This document shows positions 50,101 to 64,000 of a stretch of DNA of 64,000 nt, piece by piece. The stretch is from assembly GCA_964247055.1 (NCBI GenBank), contig OZ176056.1:8494001-8558000 (forward strand). The letters are read 5' to 3'. Both the position numbers and the translations under genes were made by a program. The notes below the pieces were generated by a model, which did no database searches, was not told the DNA's origin, and worked only from the letters and a program-made list of their open reading frames with translations. The DNA is from Paragordius varius (lineage: Eukaryota > Animalia > Nematomorpha). Within the stretch, counting starts at the first letter, position 1, and the number at the start of each line of letters is the position of its first letter.

Positions 50101-52172
50101 AGGGATTGGAGTTGGTTCATTTTCTAAAAGAAGTCCGCAGGACTTCCTCGGGCTGCGAAGCAGGCCGAGACCCACGCATTATCTTACTATTTATACCTTA
50201 TATTTATAATTAATTTTTTACTTAAATACAAAGATCCCAATAAAAAATTATTAGTAATACAGAGTTAGGTATTGAATTTTATTGGGAAATAATTGGAGAT
50301 CCGTTCTAGTATTAGTAAATAAGAACAATGGATTAAACATTTTTTTTAGCTGTACTGCAAACATTACATAACATGTTTACATTAATTTTTATTACCCAAA
50401 TCCTTAATATATATCATATAGTTTAGGAATCCTTATTTTTAACTTCTTAATAAAAATTTTGTGTTAGGTACAAATTGTCATTCTATATTCTGCTTATTGA
50501 TTTAATCAGCTTTAGTTTGTACTTCATCTTAATTTAATCTATTTAAATTTTATATAAATTATAAAAAGATGTCTTTATTTGTATTTAAAAATTAAATCTT
50601 TGAAAAATAGGGCCTTATCCAAACTAGACCACCTATATTTAAAAATAAAAATTTAATTCGAAACAAAATTTAAAACTTATTTCGTTTTTAATTATATATT
50701 AATAGCATTTTAAGTTTGATTCATTACTAATTTTAAAATTGATTAAGGTCCTAGAATTGAATTTAGGTATCTGTAGGAAAAATTGTGCATTGCTCTAAGT
50801 TACATGGTTTGAAGAATAAAATGTCAAGTAAACGAATTATATATTTATTTCTATATGTGTAAGACTCATTTCATATGTTTTTGGGATGAAATAACCCTAA
50901 CCAACTCATATTTGGATAAACTTTAAGGCTTTCGACTTTGTGGACTAGGGTTAGGGTGAGGGATTGGAGTTGGTTCATTTTCTTAAAGAAGTCACCTTCA
51001 TCCAATTTAAAGAGGTTCATGAATATTATTTGCTAAATCTGTGTTTTCCTATTATAAATTTAATTAAACTCACTATGACATCGCTTATATGCAAATATAA
51101 AAAAATATTTTTATCAAACCTGGATACTATCGCAACAAAACCATTTATGAATTTAAATCGAAGAATTGTTTATAATATAGTATTTTCATCATAAATTCTT
51201 AATTCAAAATGGTGTTTTATACGAAAATAAATTTCCAGATTACGCAAATTAGTAGCAGAGGAAAATCAATGTTATAAGCGTTCAGTTCGATATAAGGGAT
51301 TACAATTGTTTTAGGGTAAAAGAAGACTTGTAAGCAATAAAGTGCTTATAAAAATTTAATTTTTAATTTTTCTAATAGATTTGTAAATATCGAAGTTAAT
51401 ACTTTAATATATATATAAAATTACTAATGATGGATAAGAGGATTTGATTTGTCAAATTACCTATGAATGTAAAATAGTTAGTTTAAAACCGAATAATATT
51501 AGTGAGCAAATCCTAAAATGATAAAATATGTTTATTGGAGAATGAACATAAGTTAAAGTTTAATTAATTATAGTTATACTTACCCAAGGTATAATATACA
51601 AGAGGCATCAATACAATTTAAATATTAAATAGCCATATTATAAAAATTTATTTATATTCTCATCTTTATCGGAGACAAAAATATTTTTTCATGTCATACC
51701 ACATAAATAATTATATTAACGATATAAGTTAATTTTATTTAAGTAATTCCAAATTTTTTAATCCAAATTCATTTCTCTTTTGCTAGGTGGTATTCATACA
51801 TACATAAATTCAAATATTTGCTTCACAATACTAAATTCGGACAGGATGGTTCATTATATGTCTACTTTGTTTCGGAAAAGTTATGGCTTTTTGAATGCTT
51901 TTAGTTGAAACTATTTTACATTTTCAATGGATATCACAGAATTATGACAAACTAAAAACTTTAATTTGTTGTGGAAAGCAAATGTGAGCCTGATTCCGTA
52001 TTAAATTTGGAAATTAACTCAAATTGTATGGATCTTGCAGTGAGTAGCAAATATAATTGTTTATTTATTTTTGCGTTCTATTTTGGACTTTATATAAGGA
52101 TTATTTTCTTTAAAAAACTTAAAATATATACGCAAATTTTTATATATTTTTTTGTTTTGAGTATTATTTTAG

Positions 52173-52307
52173 ACTTTATAACAAAACTATCAACACATAA
52201 CATTACAAGAATTTTCCGGGTGTGTTTAAGCTGGTTGATTAGCTCGGTTTAAAGATGTCATTTTCCTGGCAGATCTTGTGGATTCGTGTAAACCTGGAGA
52301 TGATATT
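52173..52307 (+). pseudogene. MCM2: Orphan MCM2 pseudo-exon, copy B
   Basis: Same splice sites and the same three stops as 29542-29676, plus further changes ([23 protein letters not shown]). Confidence 0.85.
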
Positions 52308-52805
52308 GTAACAATTTTTTTTGTTTTCTTATGTAATTAACACATAATTCACATACACATAACATCATTTTTAAATATCTTTAACTGTTTTCTATCAGGT
52401 TTTTTTAAATTAAGCTTCAAATATTATATAATTAATCATACACACAATGCACACAATATTCTATTGGATATATATATATAATAAAATAGGTCAAAAATTA
52501 ATAGGTTGCTTTTAATTTCGGGACGAATCATCTCAAAATTCCAAATTATCCCCATTTTTTTATAATATTTTTAGGATAACAAAAACTCTTTATATATATA
52601 TATATATATATATATAGGATAAACTTGAAAAGAATTGATTAAGTTTAATTGGGACTTTCATAGATATTAAGTTTTTATACCACTGAATAGGTCATCTAAT
52701 GGTAACAAAGTGATAAGAAGCACTATATGAAATTATATGTGAATAGGTTATTTCAAAATAGGTTATTTTAGATATATTTTGGTCAAATTTTAAACGAAAC
52801 ATATG

Positions 52806-53470
52806 GTGTCCACAGGGCATATTCTTGGGTTCTGCGCCAACAGTAGTCGATTAATTAACTTGCGACATCATAATATAGTGGGTCACATAAAACAAAACCT
52901 CATCCCATTCAATGCACGACTAATATCCGAAAATCAAGCGCTGGACTCGTCAGGATTACGACCCGATCTCGTGGTGGCGCAACAAGTGCCTTATCATCGA
53001 TCCAACTGTCACCCACGAGAACGGGCCCAACGCCCTAGATGAAGCACATAATATTAAGATAGATAAGTATCGTCACCTCACAGTCTCACTTTCCGGCCAA
53101 TTTGACGAGGTTTATATCATCCCAATCGTCGTGGGCGCACTTGGATCATGGCACCCCAAAAACAAAAGATTATTCGAAAACATTAATATGAAAAATAAGG
53201 CTGAGATGAGAAAGGATATAGTCATCGAAACCATTAAATTTTCCTAATATATTCTTTGAATTTACCAGTGGTAGAAACTAAATCCCCTCCTTCCCGGAAA
53301 CATCCACGTCCAACCTCATCCCACAGTCCCACTGCACATCCGTAACACAATAAGGCTCAATTTGTATCAATATATCAATTCTGTCCATATGATCACCTAT
53401 TTATATTCTTTTTAGCATGTTTTTTTATATTCCTTATATTTTTATTTTTATCAAAATAAATACACAAATC
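52806..53470 (+). mobile_element. 3' stub of the RLE non-LTR retrotransposon (third copy)
   Basis: ORF 52803-53042 TGHILGFCANSSRLINLRHHNIVGHIKQN...LRPDLVV; same 5' truncation point as the copy at 30176. Confidence 0.9.
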
Positions 53471-54479
53471 AAATTAAATACCCAAATAGTTAGAATTGAA
53501 AAGTCAAAGGTTAAATATATTGTTCTGCTTTCGAAAAATATTTTGTGTTATAGTTTTAGGTTTTGTCATGTATATTTTCAATCTTTACAGTAAATAGGGT
53601 TAGAAATATAGAGATAAAAATTCCTTTGTGTACAATATATTAGGAGGATTAACAAAATTAAAAAATCCACACTCCCAGAAATCGAGATCGAATACATATT
53701 GCCAAACGTGTGTTGAATATATAACCGAATTAAAAAATTATGCCAATACTACTCTAATGGTATTTTTAGGATGCCTTATCCCATAGAAATCTTCAAAATA
53801 AAAATGACGCCATCTTACCATTTATAAACCCCGGGGAGAACAGTAACAAACTTAAAAGATAAAAAGATCCAAGTGACCCTATTGGTGACATTTAAAGCGC
53901 ATGAATTACTAATTGCAAAAATATTAAGGATTAAACATTCTCGGCTAAAGCCGCTTTAAACTAATCTTATCAAATAACAAAGAATTAACATTTAAAATCA
54001 AACAGAAGTAGGTTGGCGATGAATTCCTACATTTGGTTCACAAATACTTAAAAGACGTTGGGTATTAAAACAACTGGTGATTTTACTATGTAAATAATAC
54101 ATATAAAAATAAATGAATACCAACAATATAATATTTTTTACTACTCATACATTACTTTCGGCAATTTTGAATTAATAATGATATTGATATCTAAATTACA
54201 TCAAAATACATACGTTTAAAACTATAAGTATAATAAAAAAATGAAAGCTTATTTAAACTGTATTACATGCAATTATTAAAGAATATACAGTAGTTCTTTA
54301 TAATTTTGCTTTGCAGGAATGTATCCATCTTGCTAAAATGTAGTTATGAATATTTTTAACGGACATTATTATAATTTGCAAATATTTATTTTTTCATTTT
54401 TTAACCATCATTTGATAAAATTATTAAAGCCCAACACTAAATTAATAACCAGAAATACTTAAAACATATTATTTATCAA

Positions 54480-54661
54480 TTAGATTGGATAAGCATTTTC
54501 AAAAAAAGTAATGTTTTTCCACTGTTTGGCACATTCCTTTTTCAAAGTATAATTCGTCATATACGATGCCAAAGTTGTGCCAGATATTTTGAACCGATAT
54601 TGATTATCACTGCGGTTAAGAGAGACCAATTGGTTGCAGGCATCATTAAAGTATTCATTGT
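54480..54661 (-). CDS. Candidate terminal exon, copy B
   Basis: caag|182 nt, open to TAA: DNEYFNDACNQLVSLNRSDNQYRFKISGTTLASYMTNYTLKKECAKQWKNITFFENAYPI*. Confidence 0.55.
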
Positions 54662-55350
54662 CTTGTGTATTATATATTAATAATTATACATGTACCTCGC
54701 TCTCATAATCAAACGTTCATTTCCTTAAAAAAATCCTATATTTTGTCTTAACTATCAGAAAAATTATTGGAATAATACATTTAAAATTAATTAGTTTTAT
54801 GAAGGTATACAATTCAAACTAGCATATATCTTAAAACTATTCTTATGAACCTTAAATTCCACATAAATTGCTTTTACAAGATCTATATAACATATAATAT
54901 GTTAATATAGTAATTGATAAACGAGTGTAAATAAAGTAATAATGATAAAAAAAATTGACACCACCCGACAACTTAACAATTAAATGGTATAGAAGTTCAA
55001 AACTTAAAATATATAATTTAGTGCAGGTGAACCTAAGAGTCGCAATCAGCTCTTTTTGAAACCGTTTTAAACTTAAAAATCCAAAATTAGAGACCAACCG
55101 TTTCAGGTGGCCATAACATTTAGGAAAAAAAAGTTTTTATAACTTTGGGGGAAAATTAAAAACTCTAAAAAAGATTGAGATGCACTGCAGCGAAAAATGA
55201 AACGGTCCAGCAAAATGGTCGGTTTCAGAATTTAATAAAGGAGCACTAAATGACCAACCTGCATTTAATGATTATTTTAAAATCTTACTAATAGAGGAAG
55301 AAACAAATATTAGCATCCTAGAAGTTATACTATAAAATGTCATTGGTATA

Positions 55351-55585
55351 TACCATTTACCTTAAATTCACCCTTAAACAATTCTAATTTACCCTATAAA
55401 TATTCAAAAATTTAATATTACCTATATTTTTTTATATTTAAAAAAAATAAAATTTTTGGAAAAAATAATATAGCCATAACGATATATTCCATATGATTAA
55501 TGATTTATATTAGCCCAAAAACACCTAATTTATTTGTAGGATGAATTTGAATTGTTCAAGGGTGAATTTGATGATCTTAATGGTA
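55351..55585. mobile_element. Foldback-type MITE (family FB); its counterpart in unit A (32761-32904) is cut off
   Basis: TACCATTTACCTTAAATTCACCCTTAAACAATT on the left; GAATTTGAATTGTTCAAGGGTGAATTTG...AATGGTA on the right. Confidence 0.7.
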
Positions 55586-56526
55586 TAAAAAATATCATTC
55601 TTTAATGTATATATCTTTATTAAAAAATGTATTAGGGAGGGTTCTTTTAGTTTTAAGGCTTATAATAAAAAATTTATTTGTTTTTATGGTAATTGGTGGA
55701 TATCTTACAGTAAAAACTGTAATTATAACGGACAAAAAGTAAAAATATATATAATTTTTTTCCAAGCCACCCTACTTTTGAAAATTTAATTTTTTTCCAC
55801 ATAAATTATATATTTACAATTATAAATATATAATCGATTGTGCTACTAATGTACATCTCTTTTTCATATTTCACAATATCAAACAATAATTCAAATTTAC
55901 AGTAAAAACTGAAATTACACGGAAAAAAAAGTAAAAATATAAAGACAAATATTTTTTTCTAAAAGACAACTATACTTTTGAAATCGTATTTTATATAAAT
56001 CATTGGAATTGTAAAATATGAAATAGAGATATAAGGTAACACTATCCATTATATATTTTTTGATTATAATTAAATAATTTATATAGAAAAGTCTAAGGTT
56101 TAAAAAAGTATGATTGTCTTTTGAAAAGAATAATTATCTTTATGTATTTACATTGAGTCCGTATAATTCAATTTTACTGTAAAAAATTGCGATTGAGCAA
56201 GTATGGTTGTCTCTTAAAAAAATATTTATCTTTATATTTTACATCCGTATAATTTCAATTACTGTAAAATCGTGGAAGTAGCGCACATTATGTTTTGTAA
56301 AATATTTTCAGTAAAAATTAATGCCCAAAATAAAATATATTGTAACTATATCTGAGCAAAATAACACTTGTATAAAATTTCATTTTTAATTGTACATTTT
56401 ATTTTTTTCCCTTCTAAAAAGGACTAGTTATCCTGAATTAAACGATGCCGAGATTTAGCAATCAAATTGAAAAACAATTTAGATCGAAAGTTCGGACAAA
56501 TATTCGGGGCGAACCTATAAATATCT

Positions 56527-56818
56527 ATAGTTTCGGAAAAATAAAATTAAAAATTATACCATTTGCAAGTTGGTCATTTAACAGTTCAAATTGGTTTTAA
56601 CATTAAGTTTTAAAATACTTTTGGAAAACAACATTTCTAACAAAAAAATATTTTTAGATTATGATTTTGAATGCAAAAATATGTAATAAAAAACAGATTA
56701 TAAGATAAATCAGTATGTAAATTATGGTAAGCAAAAAATGTTTAATCAATTTTAATTGTTAAATGACCAACTTGAGCAAATGGTATTAACTTTTTTATTT
56801 CATCCGAAACTATAGAAT
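56527..56818. mobile_element. MITE with long imperfect TIRs
   Basis: CTATAGTTTCGGA...ATACCATTTGCAAGTTGGTCATTTAACA versus TGTTAAATGACCAACTTGAGCAAATGGTAT...TCCGAAACTATAG. Confidence 0.65.
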
Positions 56819-57483
56819 TTATAAATTTAAATACTAATGTGAACCATTGATCTCAATTGTTAAAATAAAAAAATTTATGCAAAATTTTCTTAAAAATATT
56901 TTTTCCACAAATATCTAAAAACCATAAAACTCATCCAGTTAATAAAATAAAACTTTTGAATAATAAATTATTAATGATTGTGTAGCAACAAAAAATTGGC
57001 ATTCGATTGTTTGTAAATATAATCCTATTTAGTGAAACGTAAATAAATGATAACTACTTCCGCTTTGTGCAAATTTGGTAAAAAATGTTTTTATATAAAG
57101 GTTAAAAAAATTTGAGATGTGTTGGTTAAAAACTTGGTAAATTATGATAATTAAAATTGAAAACTTATACCACAATTATTTAATTATTTAATGGTAAAGT
57201 GCTTCGGTTTAAATCCTGTAGCTCCAAGAACTCTATGAAAAATTTCAGAATTTGATAAGTTTTACATTTGCAACTCGTTGCATTTTAAAAAAATAATCAA
57301 ATTTAAACTGTTATGACCTTTAAATGGGTCATTTTTTGTATTTTTAAAATAATAATTATTAAATGCCTATTTTTGAATTAATTTTTTAAAAAACCAGCGC
57401 CCCTTCAACTATGGGGCCCGGTGCTTCAGCCCCCTTTCTCCCCGATCTAGCTACAACATTTTTCCAAGTATTTCCGCATATAC

Positions 57484-58711
57484 CTGAAACTTTTAGCTAT
57501 CGAATGATATATGATTCTTAAAGAAATTTTTGATTGCCATTTTCGGCAAAGAAAGCTAAAAAACATAAACATTTATATATATTATATGACATACGTCCCA
57601 ATTCAATGAGCAGTGTTTTAGTCCGGTTTTTGGAAAGATTTTCCCAGCCTGATATATTTTTAAGTCCCGAATGGTAGGCTGAGAAGTAATGTAATGCTGG
57701 TAAATTCGACAACTCTGAAATATTTAATGAATCAAATCGATTGTAATTCAAAATTATTTGTTCAATTGATTCATTATATGCAACGTTTGTAAAGTCAACG
57801 GAGGTGATATTACTTTTGATATAAAGGGTTTTTAAATGGGGCCATTTTACAATCGGTTTCAAGTCTCGCAACCCCAAAACATATAATTCTAAAAATTCAA
57901 TATTATTTGATTTCATAAATATGTCGGGAGTAACCGTAAAAAAGGTGAGGGCCAAAGATTTTAGGGTTTTAGGGAAATATTGTGCAGAGTTTATTATGTT
58001 TGTATCACGACGACTCATAGTTCTGCCTTTTATGGTTAAGGAGCGAATCATAGGGAATTTTTGCAATATGTCAGATAAATCATAATGATCTTCCGACGCG
58101 TACAAAATCACTTCTTTCGCGTTTAAATTTTTAGCACCAAAAGTTTTTGTGTATGTAATCACCTCAAGAGTTTCCAATCTAGGCAAATAAGCTTGCATGG
58201 CACTATCATTTGTTGCGTATAGAGTTAATCTCTTTATGCTTGAGTGATTAATATGACCTACCAAACTAACTTTTTCAAGGTATAAAGTTACGTTTTGCAA
58301 CATTGGAAAGAGATGTAAGATGGTCCAATTGAAAATCTTTCCCAAAACGTAATATTTTAAGATCAATCGATTCAACCATTGTATGTGTCGAAGACAATAC
58401 CTTTAACAACTCATATGTATGATTAATATTTGCATCGTAATCTCGATTGGATATTTTAATATTCCGTAAAGTGAATCCCTCATTCAAAATGTATTGCGTT
58501 GGTGGATAGCACTTGAATGTACTGGTCATTTAGAACAAAAAGATTTATAATTTTAAACATCATGTAAATGGTTCATCTGATTTATATGAAGTTGTGAGTC
58601 ACATGTGTTAATTTTAATTCTTCGACTGTGCATAGCAAAATAGATAATAAACAGAGCAAAATATTTATATATGCTAAGCAATTTGGCTGTTTTAAAATAT
58701 AAAGATTGCAT
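57484..58711 (-). CDS. Extracellular-type leucine-rich repeat protein (signal peptide, ~10 divergent LRRs, LRRCT-like CxC); frameshifted as assembled
   Basis: ATG at 58711 and a hydrophobic leader. ORFs 58275-58529 and 57518-58375 are joined by one frameshift. Repeats include IKRLTLY, LPRLETLEV, FPMIRSLTIKG, FPKTLKSLAL, WPHLKTLYIKSN, IEQIILNYNRF and LPALHYFSAY, followed by YKCLCFLAFF. Adding one A to the A5 run near 57530 opens the frame to a CAG|gtatat donor at 57483. Could be a pseudogene or consensus errors. Confidence 0.7.
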
Positions 58712-58890
58712 CTAATTTTAACATAACGTAAATAGTATAGTCTAAATTCTTTAAATATAAGGCTTAAAATGCGGCCTCCGTTTTATAAAGTTGCGACCGT
58801 AAATATTATCCCGTCAGCAGACAGAACCGTCAATAATTCAAATATAATTGATTGAAAGCAACTATCATCGCAATCAGAAAAATATTTATA

Positions 58891-59560
58891 TGTAAGGGTG
58901 GTGAGAAACTCAAATTCGAAGGCTTGAGGCCTTCTTCTCAAATGGCAACAAGGGATGGGGACATGAATGAAACCAAGCAGCAAGGATTGCCGGATTGAAG
59001 GATTACGAGGTAAATATATTGTTTAGGTGTATTGGGAGAAACTTTATTGGGGAGGCGTTCACGACGGAGCTGTGCAAAGGAGCTACCCAACCAGAAGCCC
59101 TGAATCGAGGTCCTGGACTTGGGAATGGCCTATCAATGGGATGACATATGGAAAAGAGGTAAACCTAATGTTTAGGTGGGATGGATGGCCTTTTGGGGAT
59201 TCTTGAGACGGAGCTTGTCAAGCCAGCACTACCCCTGATGATCAAAACAAGCTACTTGGGAGCAGGCTTGGTTGTTGGATGGCGACTTGCTCGGATCAAA
59301 CAACACTGCTACTTGGAGGATGGCATTCTGTTGAATGCACAACAAACTCTTATTTTACTTGTGGAGAGTTTTTGGGCCAAATGACTCTCTAGTGGGAGAA
59401 TATTTCCTCCTTTGGGGAAATCAACTCTTGTTATTTTGAGAGAGTTGTTTTCTCCAAACGTGTGAAGGAGGAGGATTTATTTCTCCCATTAGAGAGTGAG
59501 TCAGGCCCCCAAGTCCAAAATTTTATTTTGTGCACTCTTACTCCCGGACGCTCAAAATAA
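58891..59560 (+). pseudogene. C-type-lectin-like intronless pseudogene, copy B, head-to-head with the LRR gene
   Basis: Same motifs as copy A (LYWGGVHDG, WTWEWPING, GCWM, GGWHSVECTTNSYFTCGE), continuing past a TAG into WENISSFGEINSCYF, which resembles the start of a second CTLD. GC is about 48% over a hand-counted 180 nt. Confidence 0.55.
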
Positions 59561-62500
59561 AATTTTGGACTTAGAATATTTTTTAATTTTTTTTTCTCGC
59601 CCTTTGGAGGGGGGGGGGTTATATATATTTATTTATATTTTTTAATTTTTTTTCAAAAAATATAAGATAAAGTAAACATTATTTATTGACAATAATTATA
59701 TATCATTTTTCTGTTTATTTTCATTCTTGTCTTGTTGGTTTATTCATGATTAACGTTTTGAGATTATGGTTTGATTGCATTCGTATTTTTGTTATTCATG
59801 ATCAACGTTTTAAGATGGTTTCATTGCATTATTCATGTATTTTCTGAATCTATAAAAATTAATAAACATTAGTTTTAGAGATTAAATTTTCAATGTTATC
59901 ATAACCTAATTTAAACTAGTAAATCAAATTTTAAATAATTTTTACAATTATTGTCAATTAATTAGCATCTAGAAATTATTAGGAGGTTTAGAGCACTTAT
60001 TTTTTATAAATTTTGACGTATGAGCCATTTATTTATATAATAAAATCTTTATTTTAAGTAGAGATATTAGCTGTAAACTAACTAATTTTAGCGGTTAATA
60101 TTCAATATTAATTCTAAAATCACAATGATTAAAAATTTATTAAAGATGATAAACCTATCCTTAATCTAAGAAATAAACCGACTTTAACCCTTAATCTAAG
60201 CCTAACCCACAAGTTTGAAAGCCTTTCATTGTTAACCTAAACCGCAATAAAATGAGTTTCAAAAAAATATTTTTATTCTTTTGAATAAAATAATATCAGC
60301 TATTTACAAAAAAATAACTGTTTATAAATATGATCTTCTATTAATTTTGTGGTTTTTAAATAATATTCAGACATATGCGGACTCTTTTACTTAGATATCA
60401 AATATCATAAAACAAACATAGTGTTAGGGTCAAAACAAATTTAGGAAGGCAATAATATCCTACCTATTATAAAATTATTTATTCAATGATTAAAAAACAA
60501 GTATTTCATTCAATAATTAACTACATTGGGATCATTTTAAATAATTCCTCTTATCAATTAATTAAAAAGAAATGCGTGGGTCTCGGCCTGCTTCGCAGCC
60601 CGAGGAAGTCCTGCGGACTTCTTTAAGGAAATGAACCAACTCCAATCCCTCACCCTAACCCTAGCCCACAAACTCGAAACCCTAAAAGTTTTTTACCCCT
60701 TATTGTAAAATAAATTTTTGCTAAATACCTTAAAATCCCTACCATTAAAAAGCCATTGATCATGTGTTTAGTATGTTTATTACATAACCATAAAATAAAA
60801 CAGTTTAATTAGCAATGTTTACTAAAAATCAAGAGAAAAGGCCATTCATTAAAAGCAAAAATATTTTAAGAATAAATGATCAAGAACTATTACATGAAAA
60901 CGAACATAATAGAAAGCATTTTCAATTACAATATCCATTTAAATGGTTGCTTATTTCATACCATAGTAGGGCAATTCTCAACACAGTAGTGTATGGAAAA
61001 ACCATACAAAGACTTCAATAAACCATTATTTTCTTCCTTTTTTCCATACAGTACTGTTGTGTTGCAATTTGCCTTACTATTATAGAAATAAGCAACCATT
61101 AAAACATATATTGTAATATAAATTTAAATTAACTGAACACGTTTGAAAAATATCGCCATAGAGATAAAAGTATTTATCGACAATAATTAAAGAAAATTCT
61201 TAAAGAGATATAAATTAAAATGACAAATAAGACCATTGTTCAAAGTTATTTGAAAAAATGTAATTTATTCAAAAAATTCATTAATAAACTATAATAAAGG
61301 TATATTATATATTATTTAAATTATGGTATAAATTTATCACCTAATCAATAAAAGTGAATCAAAATATTATTCAATAAACTTGGGATTTATAAGAAAATAA
61401 AAATAAAAACATTTTACAATAATTTAAATTAATGAATTATTAGTGATAAAAAGGTAAGTATTCTAATATATTCATTAAAATTAGTTATTTATAATATAAT
61501 TATTTATAAAAATTACTAAAAAAGAGGTATATTATCTATTTTCTAAATAAAAAACAGCTGAAAAAACTAGTTACCAAAATTTTAATATTAAACTTAAAAT
61601 TAATGAAATTTTAAATATACAAAAAATCATTAGTTAAAAAAGTCTTTAATTTAAATTTGTTTATAATTGGTGATAAAAAATTTAATTTATATTAATTTTA
61701 TTTTTACGTTTGACAAATATTACTTGTAGTAATCAAAAATTTTTATAGTTATCAAAAATATAATTATCTAAACAGCTGACCATGAAAATTGGTTATTTAA
61801 TACACTGTAAGACAGAAAAACAGATAAATACAATATTTTAAGTTGATAATATTTAAAAAATAGATTCTTATCAATAGATTACTATAGAAATATCCTAAAT
61901 TAATTGTTTGTTGTTCTTGTATTTTAGCAAAAATTCTTTAAGAGCCAAAATTTTGAAAAACTCAGGTAACTTTATAAAAAAATATTTAAATAATGGTTAA
62001 GATATACCATAATAACTTTTGAGATTTTGACTTTTCCGCGCACACAATGTTCAGAAACCACATCATTCTAATTGAATATAAAATAATGTTTAATAATTAA
62101 ATGAATATTTTTTCTTTAACAGAAATGCTGGTTGTTATATAGTTTTTTCAATCATAGTTAACGATTTATTAATGATATTTAGCGTTGTTTTAAAAAAATG
62201 CGTTCACAAAAACATTATAGCGGTTATTTCTTATTTATTACTAATTAACAAAAAATAAATAAATTGATTAATATTTAGCTTTTTTAGGAAAAAAACAAAT
62301 TAACTATTTATTTCTAATAAAATTTAGCGTTTTTTGATGAAAATTAGGTTAAATGTAATCATTTATATAAGAATGAAAAACATAGTTTTGAAAATATCAA
62401 AAACAAACAGCTGTTACGGCTAATTCAATTAAATTGAAAAAAACATATATATTTAGCTAAAATTCTCCTAAAAAATTTTTTTTTATACTGCCCTGTAGTT

Positions 62501-63279
62501 TTTCAAAATTATCTTACAGTAATTTATATCAGCTGATTTTTAATAAATATTGGAGAATAATTATTAAATTTGGCTGTTTTAATAAAAAAATAGTAATTGC
62601 ATAATTTGGCTGTAGTTAAAAATTTTTATAAAAAAATATCAGTTTTTAATTATAATTGAACTGTATTATAAAGGATATCAACATAACTCTCCTATTAGAA
62701 ATAGCTAGGGGTTTATTGGAATATAACTATATTATTAAAATCCAACTGTTTCTAAGCAATTAAATAACTTATAAAACCAAGGCTTTAATTAGGTTATTTT
62801 TATGCATATTCAAATTTTTAAAAGGAGCTCTGTTTTAGAGTTTTTTTAAAAAATATAAGCTAATTAACGGTATAAAATTTAAACTGTTTTTAATAAAATT
62901 AACTTTTAAAGGGCTTTTTACAAAAAATTACCCTTTAAAACCAAAAAATTAATTAACATTTTTATAAATGGCATTGTGATAATTTAATAATGTAAAAATA
63001 AATACCAAATTTCAATATATATTCAAGCCAAACGTTTTCCATTACGATTCATTTAAGTTTTTGCGAATTCAGGCAACGCATTTCTAAATTAATATAAGGT
63101 ATATATTATACATTGCTATATTAAAATGTATTTAATAGTATTATAATAAATTAACTGTTTGAATAAATAAACTGTATAAATCATAAATATTTCACTTTTA
63201 AAATAAATCAACTGTTATAATAAATCAACTGTTATAGTTGAATCAGTATAAATAAATCATAAATAGTTCACTTAAATTA

Positions 63280-63460
63280 ATCAACTGATTAATTAAAACA
63301 ATAACAACTGATTAATAAAACAACTGATTAATAAAACAACTGATTAATTATTACAACTGATTAATAAAACAACTGATTAATAAAAACAACTGATTAATAA
63401 AAACAACTGATTAATTAAAACAACTATAAAACTAATTAATAAAAACAACTAATTAATAAT
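63280..63460. repeat. Satellite 2, short array in unit B
   Basis: About 10 AACAACTGATTAATAAA monomers. Confidence 0.9.
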
Positions 63461-64000
63461 GACAACTGATAAATTAAAAAAACTGCTTAATATAAATAAA
63501 TGATAAATTAAAAAACCTGAAATATCAAAACAACTCAAATAAAAAAACAAATGTTTTAAAAAATATTTTAAAACATTTAATATAACTATAATATTAATCA
63601 AGAATTTGAATTATTAAACTGTAAAAAAATTACCAAATTCAAAAATATCAAGCCAAAATTTTTTGCTTTACGATTCGTTTCAGTTTATGCGCAAATAATT
63701 GATTGAGGCAACACATTCTAAAAAAAATAATGAAAATAAATAAATTGATAAATATAAACGATTAATTACAATATAATAATTCAAAAAAACGCTATTTATG
63801 AATGATATGTTTTGTGTTTAATTATCTAAAAAACCAATTTGCTGGCATTCAAGTAATTTTGCCGAATTGAGCGAATTAATATTTATAATTTAAGCATTTT
63901 TTTAAACTTTCTGATTTTTAGAATTATTATTAGTACAACATTTGGGTTTATAGGCATATTTTTAACCGATTAGCAAATTTTAAGGAAATTTTAACCGATT

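Larger units (their letters stand above)
47150..64000. repeat. Tandem macro-repeat unit B (runs past the window end)
   Basis: Colinear with unit A, apart from ~3 kb at 55474-58446 that contains the LRR exon. Satellite 1 starts again at ~63958. Confidence 0.95.

Noticed and set aside
54852-55260. Intermediate exons linking the LRR exon to the variable exon (ORF 54852-55097; GWSFSAPLLNSETDHFAGPF...)
   Set aside because: Frames are broken by stops and by indels that differ between copies A and B, and no consistent phase path could be built by hand, so they are not reported as features.
57395-57452. Helitron 3' end (GCCCC...GGGGC hairpin followed by CTAG)
   Set aside because: The stem is short, CTAG lies about 30 nt away and is followed by C rather than T, and there is no second copy in the window.

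Overview
Very AT-rich (roughly 20-25% GC by eye) eukaryotic, animal-like genomic DNA; the species cannot be determined from the sequence. No rRNA, tRNA or CRISPR array is recognisable. (1) 523-12689, + strand: an intact, phase-consistent CNOT2/NOT2 gene (CCR4-NOT subunit 2) with at least 15 exons, its 5' end lying upstream of the window, and introns crowded with at least four MITE families. (2) About 13.4-23 kb: a decayed minus-strand gene fragment resembling the C-terminus of a GNL3/GNL2-type nucleolar GTPase, two dead hAT transposons and a 5'-truncated RLE-type (NeSL/Utopia-like) non-LTR retrotransposon. (3) About 23 kb to the end: a head-to-tail tandem array of a ~23-25 kb unit (one partial, one complete and one nearly complete copy). 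Each unit carries a ~31-bp satellite, a 16-17-bp satellite, an orphan MCM2 pseudo-exon, a retrotransposon 3' stub, a double-hairpin/G-rich cassette, and a head-to-head pair of an extracellular-type LRR gene (-) and a GC-rich C-type-lectin-like pseudogene (+). Between copies the flanks are nearly identical, but the LRR core is completely different and a downstream 182-nt exon differs almost only at amino-acid-changing sites. This suggests a diversifying recognition-protein locus inside a macrosatellite-like array (inference).
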